Origin: a virus
Taxonomy: Duplodnaviria > Heunggongvirae > Uroviricota > Caudoviricetes
Strand: one strand, 5' to 3'
Length of the DNA: 64,000 nucleotides
Virus record (IMG/VR): IMGVR_UViG_3300044878_000136
Span: 125,232-189,231 of that record
A model generated the notes under the pieces. The model was not told where the DNA came from. It did not search any database and saw nothing but the letters and a program-made list of their open reading frames with translations. Shown one piece after another: positions 36,097-43,458 of this stretch. The translations under genes and the position numbers were made by a program. Position 1 is the first letter of the stretch. Each line of letters opens with the position of its first letter.

Positions 36097-36113
36097 TTTC
36101 TTCCCCAGAATTA

Positions 36114-36341
36114 TTAAGCGTGTTCTGCCATGCGGCGACGGAAATCATTTACCAACTCTTCGCCACCGATGTCGCGAAGGTTCTGCTCAAGCTCGCGCGT
36201 GAACGCTTCGTTCTTGGCCTTCATGTCCTTGGTGGTTTCTTTTGCTTTCACCCAGGTACGGTAACTCTGATAGGTAGAACCTACAGCAGCCCCAATAACC
36301 AGCGCGGTTGCGCCGACTTTAATCAGATTCAGTACACCCAT
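36114..36341 (-). CDS. small membrane protein
   Basis: ATG at 36341 preceded by GACCGTGGAGGTCAGCATC. The track start 36356 is a GTG. Confidence 0.45.
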   Translation of the reverse strand: MGVLNLIKVGATALVIGAAVGSTYQSYRTWVKAKETTKDMKAKNEAFTRELEQNLRDIGGEELVNDFRRRMAEHA

Positions 36342-36372
36342 GATGCTGACCTCCACGGTCTCAGATAGATGG

Positions 36373-36666
36373 TTATGCGAAGTTGGTACGGTAGAACGTC
36401 AGCATGTGAGTCAGTGACTCGGCTGTGCGACTACCTTGCATGAACTGCTCGATGACGGTTTCAACGCCTTCCATGTTCATGAACTTCTCCCTACGCTCAG
36501 GCGAAAGGTTAGCGAACTGTTGCTCGAGGATCGGAGTGAGAACTTTCTCAGCTTCCATGATTCGTTTGTTGTGACGGCTGACCTCGATCTTGTCGATCGC
36601 ACGGATCCCGGTGTACAGGAGCATGGCAGCAGCGGCGAGGGTGAAAGCACCTTTGATAGCACTCAT
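36373..36666 (-). CDS. small membrane protein
   Basis: N-terminal TM helix. GGAGAA SD. Confidence 0.45.
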   Translation of the reverse strand: MSAIKGAFTLAAAAMLLYTGIRAIDKIEVSRHNKRIMEAEKVLTPILEQQFANLSPERREKFMNMEGVETVIEQFMQGSRTAESLTHMLTFYRTNFA

Positions 36667-36692
36667 GGTGGTTCTCCGGTATCAGTGGGATT

Positions 36693-36720
36693 GTTCATGC
36701 TGACTATGTATGACTGAAAT
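36693..36720. promoter_or_regulatory. candidate promoter motif, TACAT-core family A, in divergent intergenic region
   Basis: ATTGTTCATGCTGACTATGTATGACTGAAAT is near-identical to 14698-14728. Its reverse complement lies 27 nt upstream of the ATG at 36666. The + gene at 36781 lies 60 nt downstream. Confidence 0.4.
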
Positions 36721-36780
36721 AAAGTTAACTGAGATTCTATGGACCATCCCCGTTCACCCTCCTTATAAGGCTAGACAGCC

Positions 36781-38004
36781 ATGAGCGTACTGCGCGAACT
36801 AACACTGAACCATATGGCGATTACTCCCTCGATGGAATGCGCCAGTATTGAAGATAACATCACCCAGCTACAAGGACGTTTCATTCGTCTGGTTTCACTC
36901 CTCCCAGGATCGGGTGTAGATGGTGGACTCTCCATGGAATCCGCTAACTACCTGACCATCGAAGGGTACTCCACCGAGTCCGAAGGAAAGTCGCTCGTCC
37001 AACGTATCTGGGAGGGGATCAAAGCCACCTTCCGCAAGATCAAAGAGTTCCTTGGTCGCCTGTTGAGCTTGCGTAAGCATCGCTTGAAAGGCAACGAGTT
37101 CAAGATCGAGAAACTCAAGAAGTACATCCAGGCCATCGACACCTCGTCGAAGCCGTCGGGTGAAATGCAAGTAGGTCCTTCGTTACTGCCTGCCGAGCCT
37201 GGTCATGCTGCGGCCGCAATCGCGGCTTTCCGTAATCAGGCTAAACAGGTTATCACCTACCGCAGCCATGCATTGGAAACCCTTGGCGCACTTGACATCA
37301 AGTCGCTGGAAACGAAGACCGCTGAAGATGTCCTCAAGACTCTGGGTGGTCGTGGTTCCATCGTCAAGAAGGGTCATGGCGAGGCTGTCTACGAGAACAA
37401 CCTGTATACCGTCAGCTACGGTATCGACGTCGGTGGTCACCACGCAGCCATCAAAACCCAACCGGCCTCGGTTGTGATGATGAATTCGTTGGTTGGCGAG
37501 TACGAGCATCTGGTAAAGGATGACGGCGAATTCACCAAGTCCATCGAAGGACACGTTGTCTCTGGCGATAAACTCATCGCCGCGCTCGAGAAGATGCTGG
37601 CCGACAACGACTGGCGTCATCAGAAAGCGCCTGACAACCTGGACGAGTTCGAAGCACAGACCAAGAAGGGTATGCATATCTTCCGAGCCTGTAGCGATCT
37701 CGTGATGTACATCCATAAGCTGCAACGTCTGTCGCACAGCGTGGTCTGGGATGCGCTCTATGGCGACATCGAAGAACTACTGCGCAAGTCACTCGGCCAG
37801 TACAAGTTCAAGAAACACGAACTGATGGACGAAGACATCAAGAACAACCCGGACGCCGAAGGCCAGCGCTATCGCGAAGAACAAGCTCGCGATAAGGCAC
37901 AGGCTGAGAAGAATCGTCGGGAAGAACAGAATCGTCGTCAGCATCAGCAGGCGCATGATTTCGCTGATCAACAGCGTCGTCACAGCCAACAGCACGGTAT
38001 GTAA
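36781..38004 (+). CDS. hypothetical protein, distant paralog of 41769..43070
   Basis: 407-aa ORF on an isolated plus-strand island. It shares the N-terminal motif GLSMESA with 41769..43070. The C-terminus is R/Q/E-rich. Confidence 0.6.
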   Translation: MSVLRELTLNHMAITPSMECASIEDNITQLQGRFIRLVSLLPGSGVDGGLSMESANYLTIEGYSTESEGKSLVQRIWEGIKATFRKIKEFLGRLLSLRKHRLKGNEFKIEKLKKYIQAIDTSSKPSGEMQVGPSLLPAEPGHAAAAIAAFRNQAKQVITYRSHALETLGALDIKSLETKTAEDVLKTLGGRGSIVKKGHGEAVYENNLYTVSYGIDVGGHHAAIKTQPASVVMMNSLVGEYEHLVKDDGEFTKSIEGHVVSGDKLIAALEKMLADNDWRHQKAPDNLDEFEAQTKKGMHIFRACSDLVMYIHKLQRLSHSVVWDALYGDIEELLRKSLGQYKFKKHELMDEDIKNNPDAEGQRYREEQARDKAQAEKNRREEQNRRQHQQAHDFADQQRRHSQQHGM

Positions 38005-38048
38005 ACAAAAAAAGAACATAAGGGCAGGCTTGCGCCTGCCTTTATGCT
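38005..38048. terminator. bidirectional terminator between convergent genes
   Basis: caaaaaaagaacat then AAGGGCAGGC-ttgc-GCCTGCCTTT then ATGCTG. Confidence 0.65.
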
Positions 38049-38053
38049 GTCCA

Positions 38054-38362
38054 TTAACAGAGACTGACGATACCGCCACTACCCTGAGTCATTGACCTCG
38101 CGATATCCACAAACTCCTGGATACGAGGACGTAACCCATCCCCACTCTTCGTCGGGGTATGGTAATGCCGCCTCGTCATCGTACGCATGTACTTTGAACT
38201 TTCTTCAGGCGACATCACTCTCACCGTTGCATTGCGATCCAGTTCGAGACAGAGTTCCTCCAACTCCCAATCGATCTTGGTACATCCATCGTAAAACCCA
38301 GGTTTGGCACGTTCTGCCTGTTGGTGTTTACGCAGCGACTCAACCATGTCACACAGATCCAT
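38054..38362 (-). CDS. hypothetical protein
   Basis: ORF. The start is placed at the internal ATG 38362, which has a purine-rich SD, to avoid overlap with the ligase gene. It could extend to 38401. Confidence 0.4.
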   Translation of the reverse strand: MDLCDMVESLRKHQQAERAKPGFYDGCTKIDWELEELCLELDRNATVRVMSPEESSKYMRTMTRRHYHTPTKSGDGLRPRIQEFVDIARSMTQGSGGIVSLC

Positions 38363-38381
38363 ATTCCCACCCCTCTTACAA

Positions 38382-40373
38382 TCAGTTGTATTGCGACCCA
38401 TCAGTTACTGGAATACCCAGCTTCCGAGCCTTACTTACTTTTGCATCACCTGCATCCAGACCTGCAATCAACTCAGTGGTGTTACTGGACACGCCACTTG
38501 ACACTTTCCCGCCACGCAGTTGGATGTACGACTCCATCTCCGCACGGGACTTGTTACCGAACCGCTTACCGCTGACCACGTAGGTCTTCCCTTCTAATGA
38601 AGAGTCCACGCGCGATGGTGGAGCATCGATGGTGAAGATGTCGCCGTATTCCTCGATGAGATCTGAGTTGAGGTGCATGAAGCCGACAATGGAGTCTGCT
38701 ACCACGTCCCCGATGTCTGGCAATTCCACCAGTTCATCAAACGTCAGTTCCGAGATCCGCTCCAGCGTTGGATAGAACCGCGCCAAGGTGGCTGAGGTCC
38801 CTTCTGCGCAGTTGTGGATACCGAGTGAGGCAATCAGACGTTCCAGAGTCTGGTGTCGCGCAGCGGCCAATGCAGCCATCTTCTTCAGTGCGGCGGCTTC
38901 GGTCTTGGTGACCTTCTCGAGCTGCTCTTCCGTGAGGTTGAACAGATCGGGAACAGAACGCACACCCAGAACATCCACGCACTTCTGGATGAAGGAAGGA
39001 CCCACGTCATCGACATCGAGTACATCACGACCCACGGCGTACGACAGAAGCTTCTTGATCCGATCCGTGCAGTCATCACCCAGGCAGAACAACGAACCAC
39101 CTTTGTCCTCACCTACGTCACCACCGCAGTACGGGCAGAACTCCGGGAGCTCAGCTTCGAACTCATCCCGATCCCGACCTTCTACCGACCAGGCCAATTG
39201 TGGCACCACGTCCCCAGCGCGTCGTACGACCACGTTGTCACCAACCTTGAGCTTCAGGCGGCGGATATGTTCGACGTTGTGCAGCGTGGCGTTAGAGACC
39301 ACCACACCACCGACTCGTACCGGTTGCACCCGAGCCATTGGCGTCAGTACCGCAGTCCGACCCAACTGGAAGTCCAGACCCGTCATGATGGTCATTTCTT
39401 CCTGAGGTGGGAACTTGAAGGCGATCGCCCAGCGTGGATGCTTGGAGCGCTCACCCAGTTTGTGCTGCAAAGCGATCTCGTTTACCTTGAACACCAGACC
39501 ATCGACTTCCATCGGTAACGACGAACGTTTCTCCAACATGTCTTCGCAGAACTTGCGGAGGTTGGCGATATCAACTTCGATTTCCCCTGGGACTTCACGC
39601 AGCTCGAAATCCAGTTCTTCCTGAGGGCCGATCTGGAATCCCCATTCGGCCAACAGGTTCATCGAACCGATGTGGGTATCGTTGATCTGGTTCTTGCCCG
39701 CTACTCGATACGCCATGAACTTCAATGGCCAACGCGCAGCGTACTCAGGATCAAACTGAGTGATGATACCTGCCGTGGCATTGCGCGGGTTAGCGTAAGA
39801 CTTCTGTCCAGCCAACTCTGCCAGGGTGTTCATCCGCTCGTACGGCTTGACTGGCATGAAGATCTCACCAGAGACCTCCAGATAGTCAGGCCAACCCTTA
39901 CCACGGAGTCTGCGTGGGATCGTACGGATCACGCGAGCATGGTGGGTGATGTCACTGCCGACCAAACCATCGCCGCGTGTTGCAGCGCGTTGTAGGTAGC
40001 CGTGGCGGTAGATCAGTGTGGAGGCAATCCCGTCCAGTTTCAGCTCGCCGGACAGAACCACGCAATCCTTCTTCAACGCCTGGGCTACGTTAAGGCAGAA
40101 GGTTTCCAGATCTTCGAAGGTATGGACCTTGTCTAGGCTGAGCATCTTGGTATCGTGCTCAACTTCCACCAATCCGAGAATCGGCTCCCCACCGACACGA
40201 CGAGTTGGTGACAATGGATCAGCCCATTCTGGAAACTGTTCTTCCAAAGCAATGAGCTCATCGACGTAGCGGTCAAACGAAGCGTCCGGGACTTCCGGGG
40301 TTCCTGCATCGTAGAGCTTCTGGAGACGATGGATCTCGTCCGCCAGAAACACCATTCTCGACTTGTCAGTCAT
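38382..40373 (-). CDS. ligA: NAD-dependent DNA ligase
   Basis: Adenylation motif GELKLDG. Conserved N-terminal Ia-domain pattern. Zn-finger CPYCGG. C-terminal BRCT-like region. The true start is probably the ATG at 40373 (MTDKSRMVFLADEI...) forming an ATGA overlap. The track N-extension to 40487 overlaps the upstream gene. Confidence 0.85.
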   Translation of the reverse strand: MTDKSRMVFLADEIHRLQKLYDAGTPEVPDASFDRYVDELIALEEQFPEWADPLSPTRRVGGEPILGLVEVEHDTKMLSLDKVHTFEDLETFCLNVAQALKKDCVVLSGELKLDGIASTLIYRHGYLQRAATRGDGLVGSDITHHARVIRTIPRRLRGKGWPDYLEVSGEIFMPVKPYERMNTLAELAGQKSYANPRNATAGIITQFDPEYAARWPLKFMAYRVAGKNQINDTHIGSMNLLAEWGFQIGPQEELDFELREVPGEIEVDIANLRKFCEDMLEKRSSLPMEVDGLVFKVNEIALQHKLGERSKHPRWAIAFKFPPQEEMTIMTGLDFQLGRTAVLTPMARVQPVRVGGVVVSNATLHNVEHIRRLKLKVGDNVVVRRAGDVVPQLAWSVEGRDRDEFEAELPEFCPYCGGDVGEDKGGSLFCLGDDCTDRIKKLLSYAVGRDVLDVDDVGPSFIQKCVDVLGVRSVPDLFNLTEEQLEKVTKTEAAALKKMAALAAARHQTLERLIASLGIHNCAEGTSATLARFYPTLERISELTFDELVELPDIGDVVADSIVGFMHLNSDLIEEYGDIFTIDAPPSRVDSSLEGKTYVVSGKRFGNKSRAEMESYIQLRGGKVSSGVSSNTTELIAGLDAGDAKVSKARKLGIPVTDGSQYN

Positions 40374-40657
40374 AGCGAATCCTCCGTGCCGTACCGTTCG
40401 CGGTCCAGCTGGTCGAGGGTACTTTGCCTTTCGGCATTGATACGTTGGATTTCGGCGGTGATCTTTCTGGTAAGATCTTCCACCCATTGGAATTCTGGAC
40501 CGTGGGGGTTCAGCAGCTTAACGCGTGTTGACAGGCAACCTTCGCTGTAGCGGAACTGGATGTATTCCGACTTATTAGATCGCAACACCCTACGGATAGC
40601 TGCGTCAGCTTGTTGATTGGCCAGAAAACGTAGGAGTTGGAAATAGATGGCTGTCAT
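40370..40657 (-). CDS. hypothetical protein
   Basis: 95-aa ORF. Confidence 0.5.
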   Translation of the reverse strand: MTAIYFQLLRFLANQQADAAIRRVLRSNKSEYIQFRYSEGCLSTRVKLLNPHGPEFQWVEDLTRKITAEIQRINAERQSTLDQLDRERYGTEDSL

Positions 40658-40722
40658 GATTGACGACTCGTTATGGTGTTAAGTGTTTGAAAATAAAACG
40701 TGGTAGACGCCTACTCTCCCGA

Positions 40723-40745
40723 AGGGAATGTACGACTATAACTTT
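40723..40745 (-). promoter_or_regulatory. candidate promoter motif, TACAT-core family A
   Basis: The coding strand reads TTATAGTCGTACATTCCC. The region also contains ATTATAATCT. Confidence 0.3.
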
Positions 40746-40801
40746 TTAGAATCAGATTATAATCGAGTACACTACAGGGTCTGTACATTCTATATGCACA
40801 T

Positions 40802-40850
40802 TAAATAAAAAAATAAATGGAAGCAGACAGGCATCACCTGCTTCCATTTA
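40802..40850 (-). terminator. intrinsic terminator
   Basis: The minus strand reads AAATGGAAGCAGG...CTGCTTCCATTT followed by ATTTTTTTATTT. It follows the stop of 40868..41260. Confidence 0.65.
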
Positions 40851-40867
40851 CACCGGGTCGGTCGGGC

Positions 40868-41260
40868 TTACTTGGTGCTGGTCGGGGCTTCAGCGTTCGG
40901 CTTTTCCGTGGATGCAGCTTCGTCGCTCTTGGGCTCAGTCGCAGCAGGACCTTCCGCAGGTTTGGCTTCTTCCTTGTCCTTCGACGCTTTGCGGTAGATG
41001 TTCATCACACGCTCGCCGATGTCGTTCGGAGCCACCTTGCCGGCGGTGATGTCGTCGATCAGGGTATTCAGATCAGCCTTCAGTGAAGACAGATCACCTT
41101 CCAGACCTTCGACAGCCTTCTTCAGGATCTCGCACTTGTTGGCAGTGGAGACACCGGAGTCGTTCAACATCTTCTTCAGACCACGGTTGGTCAGGAACTG
41201 GTAAGCGTTGGCGCCAAGGGATACAGCGGCGATTGCACAGACAGCGATTTTCAGAGACAT
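40868..41260 (-). CDS. secreted coiled-coil protein
   Basis: Signal peptide MSLKIAVCAIAAVSLGANA followed by heptad-like repeats. Confidence 0.5.
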   Translation of the reverse strand: MSLKIAVCAIAAVSLGANAYQFLTNRGLKKMLNDSGVSTANKCEILKKAVEGLEGDLSSLKADLNTLIDDITAGKVAPNDIGERVMNIYRKASKDKEEAKPAEGPAATEPKSDEAASTEKPNAEAPTSTK

Positions 41261-41296
41261 GGCATTTCCTCAGGGATTAGGGATGGAGCTTATTCA

Positions 41297-41314
41297 CTTC
41301 AATAATGTATCACC
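41297..41314 (-). promoter_or_regulatory. candidate promoter motif, family B
   Basis: The coding strand reads GGTGATACATTATTGAAG about 40 nt upstream of the ATG at 41260. Confidence 0.35.
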
Positions 41315-41319
41315 GTAAT

Positions 41320-41362
41320 TCTTTAGGTTGCAGCATAGAGGCAGGGCACTACGCCCTGCCTC
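41320..41362 (-). terminator. stem-loop with CAGCATAGAG box
   Basis: ctttaggttgCAGCATAGAGGCAGGGC-actac-GCCCTGCCTC. The stop of 41366.. gene follows immediately. Confidence 0.5.
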
Positions 41363-41365
41363 GCA

Positions 41366-41719
41366 TCACGCTTCGTTGGTACCCAACACACCGCGATCGG
41401 ATCGCTCTTTCGTACGGTCCGTCAACGCATCAATCGCATGGCCAATCTTCTCGATAGCGATGAAGTTGTTGCGGCATTCGAACTTCCCTTGGTTCAGGGT
41501 TTGCAGGCGGATCAGGCAGACCTCGAGCAAGGCCTCAGTGGACAGACCGTTAGGGTCGCCATTGACCACACCACTTTGGAACTTGATGGTGTCTTGGAAG
41601 CCGCCAGAGGTCAGGATGAAACTATCGACCGTTCCAGCGGGTTGACTCGGTGGTCCTGGGACGATGTCGAAATCCATCGAACCACGACCGGTGTGATGAC
41701 GCAGGGTTCCCTCAGACAT
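41366..41719 (-). CDS. hypothetical protein
   Basis: I moved the start to ATG 41719 (MSEGTL...), which has GGAG upstream. The track start is a GTG. Confidence 0.45.
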   Translation of the reverse strand: MSEGTLRHHTGRGSMDFDIVPGPPSQPAGTVDSFILTSGGFQDTIKFQSGVVNGDPNGLSTEALLEVCLIRLQTLNQGKFECRNNFIAIEKIGHAIDALTDRTKERSDRGVLGTNEA

Positions 41720-41768
41720 AATTGACTCCGAAATTGTATGTAACTCCACATATCAGGATGACGCTATC

Positions 41769-43070
41769 ATGGGTTTCAGACAAGAGCACGGTAAGGTGCT
41801 AAAGCTGCAAGTAGTACAGTCGTTGTTTGGCTACATTCCCGTCGAAGAGCGTTGGGAACACGAAGCCTCTTTTGAATCGGCTTATCGTAAGATCCTGGGT
41901 AAGGCTTGGGACGATAGCGGGCTCTCCATGGAATCCGCTGAAGGTTTGTCGTATTACCTGCGTGGCGTTGCAAGCGCCTCTGGCAAGCCTATCACCCACA
42001 ACCACCGCAAGGTGATGTTGGGCCTGTCCCGATCCGTACTGTCGCTGGAATCGCGTCTCGACACCCTTCCCGAAGGTACGCTGGCTGCGGCTATCTCCCG
42101 TCCAATCATCGAGCAGGAAGCTACCGTCCTCTTCAAGCGTTACGGGCTGGATGGCCTGTCGACTGAAGGTTTGATCGGTGGAGCACTGAAGTCTGTTGCA
42201 GGTGCGTTGAAAGCGATGTTCGCTCCACGTCCTACCAAAGATGCCAAGTTCAGCAAGATCGAACAACAGTGGGATCCGAAGAACGTGGACTACAGCCAAG
42301 TCCACAAGATGGCCGAGTACATCGACGAATGTTTCCCGGCCAGTAACAACGATCCTGACTGGACGCCGAAGGAAGGGAAGATCTCTGGCGAAGGTATCGT
42401 CAAGAATCTGACCTGGGGTCATGAGTTCGATGAGAAGAACCCTCTCGAGTTCCTGAAGAAGAAGTTCGCTGCCTGGGAGAAGTTCTACCAGGGTCACGAA
42501 GCCGCTGTAGCGCGTTACAGCGCTGCGATCATGGCTGACGAGAAGTCCACTCGTGCTGCCATCAACACGGCCCGTGAAGACGACGACAAGATGGTGGAAA
42601 TCCTCGATAAGGCTGTCAAGGCCTTGCGCAAGATCGAGAACCCATCCGACTACGCAGCGAAGACCAAGTGCGACTTCCCTGGCGGCCGTACGCTCACCGT
42701 GGACAAGCGCCACGATCTGTCCAACGGCTACGACATCACCGAAGTCGTACCGGACAAGGCGTTCAAGGACATCGCTCAGATTCGCTCTCTGAAGGAAGAC
42801 GAAGCTCGCGCCATGCTGACCTGGTTGCGTGACCGCGTCACCGAGCTCAAGAAGTTCACCACGATCTTCGACAAGGCTCATTGGTCCGACCACTCCGATG
42901 GTGATGTTATCTGGGATCAGACCGAGCACATCGACAACGAAGAGTACGCGATCATGGTCTACCATCAGACCTGCGATGCTGACTTCCTCTACGACGTCGA
43001 TGACATCTCTCAAATCCTCGCACATCTGTCTAACGGCATCATGACCTGGGTTGACCGTAGTTTCAACTAA
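41769..43070 (+). CDS. hypothetical protein, distant paralog of 36781..38004
   Basis: 433-aa ORF on a plus-strand island. It shares the GLSMESA N-terminal motif. The antisense 408-aa ORF is V/L/R-rich and rejected. Confidence 0.6.
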   Translation: MGFRQEHGKVLKLQVVQSLFGYIPVEERWEHEASFESAYRKILGKAWDDSGLSMESAEGLSYYLRGVASASGKPITHNHRKVMLGLSRSVLSLESRLDTLPEGTLAAAISRPIIEQEATVLFKRYGLDGLSTEGLIGGALKSVAGALKAMFAPRPTKDAKFSKIEQQWDPKNVDYSQVHKMAEYIDECFPASNNDPDWTPKEGKISGEGIVKNLTWGHEFDEKNPLEFLKKKFAAWEKFYQGHEAAVARYSAAIMADEKSTRAAINTAREDDDKMVEILDKAVKALRKIENPSDYAAKTKCDFPGGRTLTVDKRHDLSNGYDITEVVPDKAFKDIAQIRSLKEDEARAMLTWLRDRVTELKKFTTIFDKAHWSDHSDGDVIWDQTEHIDNEEYAIMVYHQTCDADFLYDVDDISQILAHLSNGIMTWVDRSFN

Positions 43071-43074
43071 GCGT

Positions 43075-43110
43075 ATCGGCAGGGGCTTCGGTCCCTGCCT
43101 TTGTGCTGTA
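43075..43110 (+). terminator. stem-loop GGCAGGG-gcttcggt-CCCTGCC followed by TTTGTGCTG
   Basis: It lies immediately after the stop of 41769..43070. Confidence 0.5.
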
Positions 43111-43458
43111 AATGTTTACGGAACAGGAATATTGGAATGAGGGGAGGGGAGAGAGCGATAGCGAACGACGGAGGGGAGCTTAATAGAGAGTGGAATCCTA
43201 CGGATGACGTCTGATTATCCTTATCGAGCCATTGAGGGATTTATCCCGAGGCGAGTGTTCTAGCGCAGGGCAGCAGGCCCTGCTAGCTGTTTATTATTAG
43301 CTACAGGAGGGCGGTCTAAACCGACCCGACTAATATGAACGTAACACAATTTTAGGCTTCGGGGATTGGTCGATTTTACAACAAGTTACCGTAATTTGTT
43401 ACGACGCTTGGGTATGAGTTGATCTCACTATAACACAGCAAGTCATTAGGGCTGAAAC

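Noticed and set aside
36693-36730. Reading the family-A motif as a host sigma-70 promoter (CTGACT-N17-AGTTAA)
   Set aside because: The hexamer matches are weak and their positions are not consistent between copies. Conservation over more than 20 nt argues for a phage-specific signal. It is kept only as a candidate promoter motif.
41799-43025. 408-aa minus-strand ORF
   Set aside because: It is antisense to 41769..43070 (+). The plus frame has K/E/D-balanced composition and an SD. The minus frame is V/L/R-rich.
43071-43458. Possible tRNA gene in the long spacer, and likewise in 48683..49073
   Set aside because: No convincing cloverleaf could be assembled by eye. No acceptor/T-arm pairing was found around the GTTCG-like strings. 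This needs tRNAscan-SE.
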